From a virus (taxonomy: Duplodnaviria; Caudoviricetes): a stretch of DNA of 64,000 bases. Shown here piece by piece: positions 39,758 through 50,719 of the stretch (the stretch's first letter is position 1; the number at the start of each line of letters is the position of its first letter). The translations under genes and the position numbers were made by a program. The notes beneath the pieces were generated by a model. That model searched no databases. It saw only the letters and a program-made list of their open reading frames with translations, and was not told where the DNA came from. Location: the IMG/VR virus record IMGVR_UViG_3300047159_000056, positions 64,001 through 128,000 of that record; one strand, given 5' to 3'.

Positions 39758-42700
39758 TTACAATATCAGTGAAATATCTATATTAAATACTAGATCATCT
39801 GCTGCTACTGCTGTTGGTACACCTTCAGCCGAGCAACTAACAACTACCTTTCTTTTGCTAGCATTATTTAGGGTATATACATTATTACCCTTAGTGCTAA
39901 AGTTAGATGGTCCTAGTTCCAGAAGAACAGCTGGTATATATGAATTCTTCTCAAAATCACTAGCTGTTAATACTGTTTTAACTGTATCTCCTCCAGAACT
40001 TACATCTGTATTTGGAGAATAAGTCGTATTACTAGAATAATATTTGGGAATTCCAGATATAGTAGTAGGAGCATAATCTCCAACCCTATCAGATGCTTGT
40101 GTAATCATTTCGTCGTGATAAACAGTAATTGATTTAGTTCTATCTGTATTATCTACTAAATTTAATCCAGGACTAGTAGTAGAATCATTACTAGTAAAAA
40201 TGAATTTAGTATAATTTAGGATAGACCAAGTCTTTTTTCTGTTTGTATCAACTGTACATATCCACTCATATCTAATAGGAACTAGCATAAATGCACAGTA
40301 GTATCCATAAGTTTTGAATGCTAGAGATCCATCCGGCAATAATTCTCCATATTTTTTTCCACCATTTGAATTCTCCTTATAGGTAACATATAGAGTATTA
40401 TCCAGGTTTAGTTCCGATCCATTATATACTGCAGTTACTTTATTATTAGATAAGAAATATGAGCTACCAGCTGTGTATTTAGAGTTTTCACTTGTTTCAA
40501 ATTTACCAAAATCTACATCATGAGAAACTACATTTGGACTTTCATAAGTATAAGAACCACTAGTATCTGCTACAGCTGACCATTTTCTACAATTTAAGTA
40601 GGTAGGATTAGGTGTATAAAGTTGCAATGAACCAGCCCCATATCTAGATCTCTTTACATCAGTATAATTATATTCAAACCCACTTACATCTATATAAAAT
40701 CTATTAGTAGCTAGGTATGGTTTATGTGCCATATACTTATCATTAGGTATAACAGCCCCAGATCCCCAGGTTTGATAATTTATTGTAGAAACTTTTGACC
40801 ACGGCTCTACTTTAAATAATCTATATCCTGGATGTTTAACCCCAGTAGATACTCCTGTTGTATAATCTACATAGTCTACTGTAAAATCGTCAACAACATT
40901 ACTTCCTACACCATTTATTCTGGTTTGAGATTTAATTTTGCTAGTTATTGTAGCTCTTACTGATAAACCATCTATCACCATATTTACACTAGAATCAGCC
41001 ATAGTGAGATTTCCATCGTCATTTGTGCTCATTCCAAATATACACTTATCTACTGGAGCATTAGTAGCAATATAAATATAATTATCAGGATATCTAAGAG
41101 CACCACTAGCCGAAAATGCTAATTCATCAGTAGATAATTCATTAAATGAATCAACATAATATTCACCGTCGTTTTCATTTACCCCTGTACATGATATTCC
41201 ACTAAATGCTCTTATATCAAATTGACTATTAGGTTTTATATTAAAGGTAATAGCTACTTCATTTCCATAAGTATCAGATAGAGTTACATTATAGGTTTTT
41301 GTATTATCACTATCATTTGTAGGAATACTAAAAGTTAATGGACATCCATAGGTTGAACTATAACTATGATTATTCTCTTTTGACACAGGGTTAGATGTAT
41401 CTAGATTATACTCAAGAGATGTTGAAGCTATATTTAAATTTTTCTTAGTATCTAATAGTAAGAAATTATAATGTACATCTTCAGTCTCAGTTACAGTAGA
41501 ATCATCTGTTGTTGGAAGCATAACACTTGCTACATACATAGTATAGCTTCCAGCATCATAAGATAAATCCTCAGTAAATGTATTATTTTCACCAAGATAT
41601 AATATACTAGAACTATATCCCTGTCCTCTAAGTCTTATTCCTTGAACCCAGTTTTCTTGTACTATGTCAGTCATTTCTACTTTATTTGTAGCAGTTCCAT
41701 TATCTTTTACATATACATAGAAATTAGTTTTTTCAAGAGAATTTTGATCAAATACATATTTAGATATTAGATCCGTTACAAAACTTTTATCAAGATAATA
41801 TTTATAGTTTGCAGTAGAATAATCATAGTCAATTGATATACTAATTGGACTATAATTATGTCTAGTAAGCTTATCTTTAAACGTTACAGCAAGTTCCCCA
41901 GTTTGAGAAAAATTCATAGCACTAAGATATGGAATTTCATTAAGAGCTGTACTTGTATCAACAGCGTCTCCATCATTTATTCGGTTAAGAGTAAATGTTC
42001 TAGTTTCTCCTTGTCTCTTAATAACAGAAGTGTCACCAGTAATAGAATCAGCTGAATTCTTTTGACTAAGCCTAACAAGATCTACCTTCTTTACATTAGG
42101 TGGTACTAAGTTATTTACTACATCCTGAGTATAGGTTGGTCCCACTACTAAGTTTCCTGTGCTATCTTTTATGAAATTATTACAATCAACATATGAAGAA
42201 AAAGTAAATGTTCCTAATGTTACATTTGCATCTCCAGCTAGGGTAGTATTAGAACTATCTGTTACTTTTATAGTAATTGTAGTTAGTCCAGTTGTGCTAT
42301 CTTTCTTTAGATCTGTTACCTGAATTAAGACATTTTTATTTGGACTTTGTATTATAGTACCATCTGTAGTAATAGTAACTGTTCCCGTAGAGTCAGTATA
42401 TATAATATTATAGAAACCACCAGCCTCTATACTAACTCCTACTGTTGTACTCTTTCCACTTAAGTAAGATAAGAGGATAGAATATTTTGTTACAGTTAGA
42501 GCAGGAGGAGGTAAGAGTTTATATAGGTTATAGGCTATTTTCTCCCCATTAAACATTTGAGGGTTAGTTATTCTTATCATACCTAAGTCAGAAATTGGAT
42601 ATGATTTATCAGGACTACTAGGATTATTAAATGTAATCTTAGAGTAGTGTGATATATAACCTCTAATAGCTACTGTAGATGTTATTCTGCTCCTTACTAC

Positions 42701-45700
42701 TTTTCCTGTTGAAGAATAAGTATCATAATCAAGGGTAACATTATCTCCGTCAATTATTATAGAACTGTCAGATATACCAGATGCTAAGGGAATAAATTTA
42801 GTAATTGTTTCTAGATAAGATTTATAGTAGATAGTGTGACTGCTGAGGGCTCCAGATGACGGTAAGAATATATCATCAGCTGCTCCTCCAGAAATATCAG
42901 AACTTAACATACTAATATTTGTATCTATTACAGGACTCTCAAATGAATTACCACTATCTGATTTCTTCAAGTAGTATTTTCTATGTAAGGGTATATAGAT
43001 TGAAGTATTATCCCCAAGATTTATTACCTTTATATAAGTTCTAAGAGTTTGTTCTACTACATTAAAAGTATCCCTCTCATTACCATAGAAAGAGAAACAA
43101 ACCTCTCTACCAGTTATTGTATTAAACGAACCTTCATCAACAGAAAGTATTGTTGGCTTAGGAACATTTAATTCAGTGTCATAGAAATAGAAATGATCTA
43201 GAGTATTAGTATCCTCCAAGAGAACCCTATAATTATCTGTGCTCTTTACATATATTTTATAAAGACCAATATGATCAAGTTCTAGTGGTGTTTCATCTTG
43301 TATTTCACTTAGGAGACCATCACTGCCTAAGACATAAACCTGAAGAGTAGTAGTTGGTTCTTTTCCCTCCATCTGTATAGGAAGTTCAGCTGTAGAACCA
43401 TCACTAAGCTGATTTTTCCAGTCACTAAACATTGCAACCTTAGACTCATACTTAGTAGCTATTCTTCTAATATAGAGGCTATCCATACTATAATCTTGGG
43501 AATCTTGTGGTATTGTAGTTGTACCTAAGTAAGTAACTATAGAACCATCAGGACCCCATTTAGAAGAATCTGTTCCAGTTATTAAGAGATTTCCATAGCC
43601 ATAGTTGTCTCGATCTGTTGATACTGTTACCTCTAAGTCTTTCTTAAATACTTCCCAATAATTAAGACCATCAATTGAACCAACTGTAGAAGCTATATAA
43701 AGTCTTTTTTGTCTCTTATTGTCATTGTCCTTCTGTATTTCACTATTTAGAAACTTAATGCTACTAACTTTTTCCAATGTTTCAGGATTATAGAAGCCAA
43801 TAGTATCTGTTAAGTCTGGCTTTATTATACAGTAAAATTTTTCTACTACAGCATTAGTCTCTTGATTAGTTATGGTTATACTAAATGGAGTATAAACACC
43901 AGTAGTATCTGATTTAGGATACCAAGATGTAGTAGGATATTCACTACCAAGAGTTTTAGAAGTAATCTTTACATATGTTGTTCCAGAACTTTTTGTAGTA
44001 GGATCATCATAGGAGCCAGAAGATTCTATAGAAAAATAACTATTTATAGAACTATCCTCAAGCTCCATTTTTAATCTACCCCATAAACCTACAGTAGCAC
44101 TACCATAAACTCCGGAATATCCTAGTTCATCTGTATGTACGTAGAATGTTTGAGTTTCTGAACCTGCAGACAATCTATCAAATAAGTATAGCCTATAAGA
44201 ATTTCCTGAATTATCAGTATAGAAATATTTAGTAGAACTTTCAATAGTTACATAGTTTCCAGAATCACTCTCTTTCTCCATATTAAAGTATAGGGTGCAA
44301 TCATTATCAGGACTACAATAAATTAAGTCTTCCCAATTATTCTGATCAAAGGACTTATCTGCATTTCTTCTCTTAAATGTTATACTGGCAAATGCAGTAT
44401 TTACCTTATTAGTACAGCTTACCTTTGTTAGTACATTAAAACTTTCAGATGTTGCAGGATTAGTCGTTGTAAAAATTACATTATTATTTGTATTATCTAG
44501 TATTACATCAGAGCCGTTGTTATATGTAGCTTCCCAATGATTATAATTTTCTATATAATTTGTTACATAGTTATTGGTTAGCTCTTTTACTCCTAATGTA
44601 CCTGGGAAAGTTAAATTTCTCACTCTTGTCCATGTATTGCCAATAAAAGTAGATATAGTTAGTGGATTAATTATTCTCTGTACACAATAAAATTTAGCTT
44701 CTTCTTTATCAACTTTATCCGCTCCCTCTATACTTATTGTATTTAAGATAAGAATACTAGAACCACCAGAATCTAAGGGGAACCATTTTGTACTTCCTTC
44801 TGTAGATTGGCTAGTAGTTATAGTTATTGTATATTTGTATCTTTTGTTAGTTGAGTCAAATATTCCATCACTAATAGCTGTTGTAAAGTAATTAGTAAAC
44901 GCAGTATCCGAAGAAGCATCGCCAGAACTAATCTTAATATTCTCTTTTGCTACTTTAGACTCAGAGAAAATTATAATAGTACCAGTTTTATTATCTCCGC
45001 CATCTGGATTCCAACCTTTACTTCCTTTTTCTGTATCAAATAGAAGGACTATATGATTATTTCCGCTCTCATCTAGTTGTCCAAGATTAGAGGAATATTC
45101 AACAGACCATTTTAAGTAAGTAACAAATTGAACCACATTGGATTTAATAGTTACTTGTTTTCCTTTTGTATCTCCTATTTCTGATTTAAAAGAAAGATCA
45201 GCTATGAAGTTTGTTCTTTCTACTTTATTTGAATTACTAGTAAAGGTTATTATTTTACTATTTTGATTTATACTGTAATTACTTGTAGTTGTTGTGCTAA
45301 TAGTTCCAGCCATATCGCTAACTTGAACCAGAGCAGTATTTAAGAGTCCTTCCTTACAATCTGATTTTATTAGTGTATAGTTTCCATTCTTAACACGATA
45401 TAAGTCATAAACACAAGTACCTTCTATATTGGCACTATTTCCATTACCGACATAGTAGATATAGTTTCCTGGATAATCTGGTGACTCATTTCCTATTACA
45501 TTTGAAGAGTCTATAGTAATTTTCTTATAGTGTTTATAGGTAGTTATGCTATAAACTTTCTCTCCATTTGAGTCTAAGTAAAGAGGAGAACTATTCTTTA
45601 ATGAATTTCTCTGTCTAAGATATCTACAGTATGAGTTTCTAGTTAGTAGATCTGTATTAGAAAATTCTCCCTCTACTGCTAGGAATGTATTAACTCCATC

Positions 45701-46219
45701 AGTATTAGATTTATTTTCTATATAAGCAGCGTCTTCATTATCCAAGTAACGATCAATATTAGCTACAGTAGTTGAAGGAAATCTAACAGTTATATAGTTC
45801 AATCCCTTTTCTCTGCAAAGATATAAAGGAGATCTAGCTTTTGTACCTGATACTAGGGTTTCTACTTCTCCACATAGGATAAAAGCAAGTCCAACTATAT
45901 TATCATTTAAGTCACTGTAATAAACAAAGATAACTGTTCTATATCCTCCCATACTACTAACTAAGTTTTCCTCTAGGTATAGGCTGGTATAGTTCTCATC
46001 TACAAAAGAGAGATCTAGTGTCATATTAAGGGACAGATTATCTTCATACCACAGAGACTCAAATGTTCTATAAGTATCATCCAAGATAGTTTTGCTTATT
46101 AATTCATCTAAGCTTGTATATCCCGGAACTATTTTTCCTAATCTGTAAGTAGACAACCTAAGATTACTTCCATATGTAACTAAGTTGTTCTTAAAATCAG
46201 ATGTAAAAAGTACGTTCAT
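39758..46219 (-). CDS. Giant (2153 aa) Ser/Thr-rich, beta-rich putative virion protein
   Basis: Long ORF in the structural operon; no catalytic motif recognised. Confidence 0.8.
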   Translation of the reverse strand: MNVLFTSDFKNNLVTYGSNLRLSTYRLGKIVPGYTSLDELISKTILDDTYRTFESLWYEDNLSLNMTLDLSFVDENYTSLYLEENLVSSMGGYRTVIFVYYSDLNDNIVGLAFILCGEVETLVSGTKARSPLYLCREKGLNYITVRFPSTTVANIDRYLDNEDAAYIENKSNTDGVNTFLAVEGEFSNTDLLTRNSYCRYLRQRNSLKNSSPLYLDSNGEKVYSITTYKHYKKITIDSSNVIGNESPDYPGNYIYYVGNGNSANIEGTCVYDLYRVKNGNYTLIKSDCKEGLLNTALVQVSDMAGTISTTTTSNYSINQNSKIITFTSNSNKVERTNFIADLSFKSEIGDTKGKQVTIKSNVVQFVTYLKWSVEYSSNLGQLDESGNNHIVLLFDTEKGSKGWNPDGGDNKTGTIIIFSESKVAKENIKISSGDASSDTAFTNYFTTAISDGIFDSTNKRYKYTITITTSQSTEGSTKWFPLDSGGSSILILNTISIEGADKVDKEEAKFYCVQRIINPLTISTFIGNTWTRVRNLTFPGTLGVKELTNNYVTNYIENYNHWEATYNNGSDVILDNTNNNVIFTTTNPATSESFNVLTKVSCTNKVNTAFASITFKRRNADKSFDQNNWEDLIYCSPDNDCTLYFNMEKESDSGNYVTIESSTKYFYTDNSGNSYRLYLFDRLSAGSETQTFYVHTDELGYSGVYGSATVGLWGRLKMELEDSSINSYFSIESSGSYDDPTTKSSGTTYVKITSKTLGSEYPTTSWYPKSDTTGVYTPFSITITNQETNAVVEKFYCIIKPDLTDTIGFYNPETLEKVSSIKFLNSEIQKDNDNKRQKRLYIASTVGSIDGLNYWEVFKKDLEVTVSTDRDNYGYGNLLITGTDSSKWGPDGSIVTYLGTTTIPQDSQDYSMDSLYIRRIATKYESKVAMFSDWKNQLSDGSTAELPIQMEGKEPTTTLQVYVLGSDGLLSEIQDETPLELDHIGLYKIYVKSTDNYRVLLEDTNTLDHFYFYDTELNVPKPTILSVDEGSFNTITGREVCFSFYGNERDTFNVVEQTLRTYIKVINLGDNTSIYIPLHRKYYLKKSDSGNSFESPVIDTNISMLSSDISGGAADDIFLPSSGALSSHTIYYKSYLETITKFIPLASGISDSSIIIDGDNVTLDYDTYSSTGKVVRSRITSTVAIRGYISHYSKITFNNPSSPDKSYPISDLGMIRITNPQMFNGEKIAYNLYKLLPPPALTVTKYSILLSYLSGKSTTVGVSIEAGGFYNIIYTDSTGTVTITTDGTIIQSPNKNVLIQVTDLKKDSTTGLTTITIKVTDSSNTTLAGDANVTLGTFTFSSYVDCNNFIKDSTGNLVVGPTYTQDVVNNLVPPNVKKVDLVRLSQKNSADSITGDTSVIKRQGETRTFTLNRINDGDAVDTSTALNEIPYLSAMNFSQTGELAVTFKDKLTRHNYSPISISIDYDYSTANYKYYLDKSFVTDLISKYVFDQNSLEKTNFYVYVKDNGTATNKVEMTDIVQENWVQGIRLRGQGYSSSILYLGENNTFTEDLSYDAGSYTMYVASVMLPTTDDSTVTETEDVHYNFLLLDTKKNLNIASTSLEYNLDTSNPVSKENNHSYSSTYGCPLTFSIPTNDSDNTKTYNVTLSDTYGNEVAITFNIKPNSQFDIRAFSGISCTGVNENDGEYYVDSFNELSTDELAFSASGALRYPDNYIYIATNAPVDKCIFGMSTNDDGNLTMADSSVNMVIDGLSVRATITSKIKSQTRINGVGSNVVDDFTVDYVDYTTGVSTGVKHPGYRLFKVEPWSKVSTINYQTWGSGAVIPNDKYMAHKPYLATNRFYIDVSGFEYNYTDVKRSRYGAGSLQLYTPNPTYLNCRKWSAVADTSGSYTYESPNVVSHDVDFGKFETSENSKYTAGSSYFLSNNKVTAVYNGSELNLDNTLYVTYKENSNGGKKYGELLPDGSLAFKTYGYYCAFMLVPIRYEWICTVDTNRKKTWSILNYTKFIFTSNDSTTSPGLNLVDNTDRTKSITVYHDEMITQASDRVGDYAPTTISGIPKYYSSNTTYSPNTDVSSGGDTVKTVLTASDFEKNSYIPAVLLELGPSNFSTKGNNVYTLNNASKRKVVVSCSAEGVPTAVAADDLVFNIDISLIL

Positions 46220-46222
46220 ATG

Positions 46223-48163
46223 TTATAAATAATTAATCATATTTTCTATTCTATAATAAATTAACCCAGCATAACAACCAATTATCTTAAATCCACTGAG
46301 AGTTTCTGGCAGGACATTTCTTCTAAATATTCCAAGGAAACTTCTCTGTAATGTTATTGGGCTATCACTTGAACTTAAGGTCAAGTATTTTTCGCTATAT
46401 AAGTCTTCCGAATAAACTTTATAATCCTTTGACCTACTATCACCGTCGCTGTAAGTATTTTTCCCATACTCATGTTTCATATTAAAGCAAGTTGGAGTTA
46501 TAAAATATCCAGGTTCATCATATAGAGTATAAACCATAGAGCCGTCTGAGTTTTGATTCCACATTAAGAGAACCTGATCATTAACTACTATTGGTTCATT
46601 TTCGCTCATACTCATTTTTACAGATTTTGTCATATTACTGTAAATCAGAGTAGAGGCTGCATCATTCTTAAATATATACCAATCACCAATTTTTCCTACT
46701 GGTATTTCTCCACTAGTAAGAGCAAATTTAGAATCAGTATAAACTTCACTTAAGCTAGATACTTCATTAATAGACTTCTTATATGTAGACCATCTAAGAG
46801 AATCTAGACTTTGTATTCTATTGTAAATATCATATCTATCTACTATGAAGGTATTGATATAGTTAGGAGTCTTTTGGGGAATCTTAACATAGGTACCAGA
46901 TAATTTTACACTATCAGGAACATAATCTAGCTTACTATATTCTACAGCATCTCCTATTTCAGAAGGACTTAAGACCCATTCTCCACTTACATATTTATAA
47001 TAGTCATACTTATTGTAAACATTAGTATAAGAAGAGATCATCCAACCATTATTCTTATCATACAGAGGAGAACTAAGACCTATCTCTCCGCTCTGTCTAA
47101 GTATATCAAATAGGTAAAGAGTATCATCGACATTAACTACTATATATCTACCAGCAAAATATTCTATAGACTGATTTGCTCCTTCATATAAGAGAGGTAA
47201 AGAATAAATTTCATCCTTAGATATCTGTTTTCCATTCACTCCATTCTTACTAGTTGTATATGGAAGAGGACTATAATCACTAACTTCATCTCCAAAAATA
47301 CTATTCATTGATGTAGTAAGAGAGAATATAGAATAGTTATTAGAATCATCCCAGATAAATAGGGAAGGATCACCATTATAGTAACTAATCTGAGTATGAG
47401 AAAAATCTGTATACCTAGAACCCAAGAGTAAGTTTTTCTTGAAGGCCAACTTATTAAATACAGTTTTAGATCCACTATTAGAGTAGTTTATTAGTTTACA
47501 ATGAGTAGTATCTGTAAAGAAATCCTTGTAACTATAACCCTTTAGTACAGAATTAACATGTATCTCATAGTTGTTGTCGCCAGTAGTTAATTTGCTTAGG
47601 TCACTCTTAGTTGCATAGTTATAGTTTTCATCTCCAGAGTAATCCCTATTAATTCTTTGAGCTATAGCCTTTACATCGGTTAAGAGTGTAATAGTATCTT
47701 TATCTTCTCTTACATCGCTACTAGTAGAGGTAAGTTGTATGGTGATATATTTAATTAGATAAGACTTTTTTAGAACATATTGTGATGAAGTTGTAGTAGT
47801 ATTAAAACCTTGTACAGACTCAAATACAGCAAATCCAATTATCTCTGAACTAGATAAGAAGATTAGTGTATTAAATCCCTGACCACTAATATTATTTGAT
47901 CTATCATTGTCAAACTGAAATTGTAAGATATCACCAGCCCTTGTAGCTGGAGTTAAGATATATTCAGATTTAATGAGAATATTGTAAATTTCCTCAACAG
48001 TAGAAGTAGTAGGATCTGAGGATAAGAGACTAGCTGAAGACCCTAATCCTAGTCTACTTACTATACTACTATTAAGAAAAGTCTGTGAATTGTAAGCTAA
48101 AATACTATCGCTACTACTAAGACCTGTTGTTCCTAAGAGCTCTATATTTTTAGTTACAGCCAT
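46223..48163 (-). CDS. Putative virion/baseplate-associated protein
   Basis: 646-aa ORF; operon context. Confidence 0.7.
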   Translation of the reverse strand: MAVTKNIELLGTTGLSSSDSILAYNSQTFLNSSIVSRLGLGSSASLLSSDPTTSTVEEIYNILIKSEYILTPATRAGDILQFQFDNDRSNNISGQGFNTLIFLSSSEIIGFAVFESVQGFNTTTTSSQYVLKKSYLIKYITIQLTSTSSDVREDKDTITLLTDVKAIAQRINRDYSGDENYNYATKSDLSKLTTGDNNYEIHVNSVLKGYSYKDFFTDTTHCKLINYSNSGSKTVFNKLAFKKNLLLGSRYTDFSHTQISYYNGDPSLFIWDDSNNYSIFSLTTSMNSIFGDEVSDYSPLPYTTSKNGVNGKQISKDEIYSLPLLYEGANQSIEYFAGRYIVVNVDDTLYLFDILRQSGEIGLSSPLYDKNNGWMISSYTNVYNKYDYYKYVSGEWVLSPSEIGDAVEYSKLDYVPDSVKLSGTYVKIPQKTPNYINTFIVDRYDIYNRIQSLDSLRWSTYKKSINEVSSLSEVYTDSKFALTSGEIPVGKIGDWYIFKNDAASTLIYSNMTKSVKMSMSENEPIVVNDQVLLMWNQNSDGSMVYTLYDEPGYFITPTCFNMKHEYGKNTYSDGDSRSKDYKVYSEDLYSEKYLTLSSSDSPITLQRSFLGIFRRNVLPETLSGFKIIGCYAGLIYYRIENMINYL

Positions 48164-49061
48164 AAGTTAATACACAGTTACTAATTACACATTCATCTAC
48201 ACTACTAGATTCGGGAATAACTCTGATAACTCCATCAACATATTCTACCATCACATCTGGATCACTCATAGAACCTAGGGGACTAATAAAATCATCTCTG
48301 GTTAATTCAGGGCTTTCAGTATTAGTATATTTGAATGCCTTAAACGTTAGATCTTGACCACTAATTATTCCTTCCTTGGTGTATTTTACAGTCAAGTCTA
48401 TTTTTCCAGAAAGGTTAGCTTTAGATATTTTAGTCTCTATACCTACCAAGCTAATTGTATTAGTATACACATCATCTTCAACTAAGTCAATAGAAACAGA
48501 TCCATTAACTATATCTACGACTACTTTAGATGAACTATATAAAGTTACACCACTTTGTTCTTTCATGCTAATAACATTATTATAATATACATTGTTAAAA
48601 TTATCTATCACTGACTGATCTATTTGTGAATCTCCTATTACAAAAGAATTATCAGGATTGAATTTCCATATTTTTGAATATAGATATTCTTTTTTAGACC
48701 CGAGATTGGATAGTTTTACACCATTATCACTTACATTACCTGAAATAGAGTTCTTGGAAGTAGTTTGATACATATCTTGATATAATCTAGCAGGAGAAAC
48801 ATCAGTATCTATAAATAATCTTCCAGTTATATGATCCTGTCTGGAGTCAAGTTTTCTAATCAAGGCTATTAAAGATAGGGCTTTTCCATCACTATTTTCA
48901 TTTGTTACATATATTAACTTCTTAACACCTGTCTTACCATGAGTTGCGCCTACAAGAACTTTAGCATAATAACAAATAAAGTCACCATTGAAAAATAATT
49001 TCTTATAGTCTATAGTATCAACATTTGGTTCTAGGTCAACTATATTGCTCAGTTTTATCAT
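48150..49061 (-). CDS. Putative virion protein
   Basis: 303-aa ORF overlapping its neighbours. Confidence 0.7.
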   Translation of the reverse strand: MIKLSNIVDLEPNVDTIDYKKLFFNGDFICYYAKVLVGATHGKTGVKKLIYVTNENSDGKALSLIALIRKLDSRQDHITGRLFIDTDVSPARLYQDMYQTTSKNSISGNVSDNGVKLSNLGSKKEYLYSKIWKFNPDNSFVIGDSQIDQSVIDNFNNVYYNNVISMKEQSGVTLYSSSKVVVDIVNGSVSIDLVEDDVYTNTISLVGIETKISKANLSGKIDLTVKYTKEGIISGQDLTFKAFKYTNTESPELTRDDFISPLGSMSDPDVMVEYVDGVIRVIPESSSVDECVISNCVLTYGCN

Positions 49062-50719
49062 GACATATAATAGATTTTTGTTATATTCTGTGGATCTTTC
49101 ATTACACCACCACCTGTTTGAGAGGGTACACCAATATCAATAACCTTTGTATCTGGATTAGTCTTATATACATTGACAGATATCTTAGTATTTTCCTGGA
49201 ACACACCAATTCTACAACCACTATGATAATCACTAGCATAATAATATTTTACGATTGGATTTCCGTTAGTATCTCTAGAATCAGAATGACTCCAACTATC
49301 TATGTGTATCAAGAATTTATAAGTATAAGCTACAGTTCCATTCTCATATAAATTTGTTGTTGTATTATAGACTGGTGGTATAGCTTCAGCCTCAACTAGG
49401 AGATCACAACCATTAGGATGAATTGCTGGTATACTAACTGTTGTTCCAGAAGTAGAGTCAGAAATAGAAGTAAGTTCCATATCTTTTATTCCGTTTCCTT
49501 CACCAGTTACATAAGTAGCACTAAATCCTATTTCATTAACTACGCTAAGATTAGAGGTATCACTAACCGTACTCTCATAAGTTTGTCTAAAGTAAATATC
49601 ACTAATTACACTTCCTCCAGTTGTTGTAAGAGAAATAGTATTATTAGTTCCCTTTACTAATTTAAGAAGCTTACTACCTACTATTCTATAAGTAGCTGTT
49701 TGATCATTAAGAATAAAACCTCTGATATCTACTGTTATACTATCTGTTCTCCAAACTTTAGTACTAGAACCAGTTGAAGAATTAGTAGTAGAATTTTCAA
49801 TATATTTTGTGCAAATAGTAACAGGAAAAGAGGTAGTTATATTAGAACTAGTTGTAATAGGTATAGCAGATTCAGCTGACCCATAAGATAGTGTAATAGT
49901 ATTTTCCACTGTTTCAGAATAACTGCTACTAGAATAAGAGAAAGGTATGCTCTTAAATCTAAAACCGGTTCTTAATTCATACTTCTCTCTCTCAAGATCC
50001 ATAATTCTATCTCCATAGTAACTAATAACAGAATCTACAGTATTTTTGAAATCAGGATTGACTGTTGCACTTGTCCAAGAACTAGGAGTAAAATTATTAG
50101 TGCTAGTTCCATATCTATATCTGATAATTCCAGACTCTTCATCAATTAGTTCCTGAATTCTGACAGATTTTAGTTCATCTGTGTCATAATAATAAGAAAA
50201 CTGCCTAAGTATAATATAATCAATGTCGCTACTAGTTACACCAATAAGATATTTAACTACATCTCTTTTTACTTTAAAAATTGCATTATTAATATCTGGG
50301 GCAACTAGGATTTTATCTAGGGCATTGGTATATTCACTTATACTACTAACTGTTGCTCCTGTATCATTTCCTAAGAAGTCTTTTATATAAATCTCTGTGT
50401 CTGAATTAACTGTATTAACTATCATACCAGTTTCATCAAATCCAGACATATATTTACATAATACTTTGCTTAAGAGATAAGGTGTAACTAATTTATTTGT
50501 TCCCTTAGCTAATATTTCTGAATCAAAATCATCCTCTGTTGCTATTCCATCTTCGGGATAAGTAGAAAAATACTCTGAACCTCTTTGTGGAATATTTCCT
50601 TTAGATTTTGCTGTACATATATAGATATCAGTTCCATATATTACAAAATCTTTAGGTTCAAATGTAGCATCATTAGTATATAGGTAGATTCCTCTAACAC
50701 TTTTATTATTTATTTCCAT
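49058..50719 (-). CDS. Putative virion protein
   Basis: 553-aa ORF; operon context. Confidence 0.7.
   Translation of the reverse strand: MEINNKSVRGIYLYTNDATFEPKDFVIYGTDIYICTAKSKGNIPQRGSEYFSTYPEDGIATEDDFDSEILAKGTNKLVTPYLLSKVLCKYMSGFDETGMIVNTVNSDTEIYIKDFLGNDTGATVSSISEYTNALDKILVAPDINNAIFKVKRDVVKYLIGVTSSDIDYIILRQFSYYYDTDELKSVRIQELIDEESGIIRYRYGTSTNNFTPSSWTSATVNPDFKNTVDSVISYYGDRIMDLEREKYELRTGFRFKSIPFSYSSSSYSETVENTITLSYGSAESAIPITTSSNITTSFPVTICTKYIENSTTNSSTGSSTKVWRTDSITVDIRGFILNDQTATYRIVGSKLLKLVKGTNNTISLTTTGGSVISDIYFRQTYESTVSDTSNLSVVNEIGFSATYVTGEGNGIKDMELTSISDSTSGTTVSIPAIHPNGCDLLVEAEAIPPVYNTTTNLYENGTVAYTYKFLIHIDSWSHSDSRDTNGNPIVKYYYASDYHSGCRIGVFQENTKISVNVYKTNPDTKVIDIGVPSQTGGGVMKDPQNITKIYYMS

Noticed and set aside
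47843-47854. Second VR (12-nt match ctctgaactaga to the TR end)
   Set aside because: The match does not extend; it is a chance SSSE coding match far from the gene's 3' end
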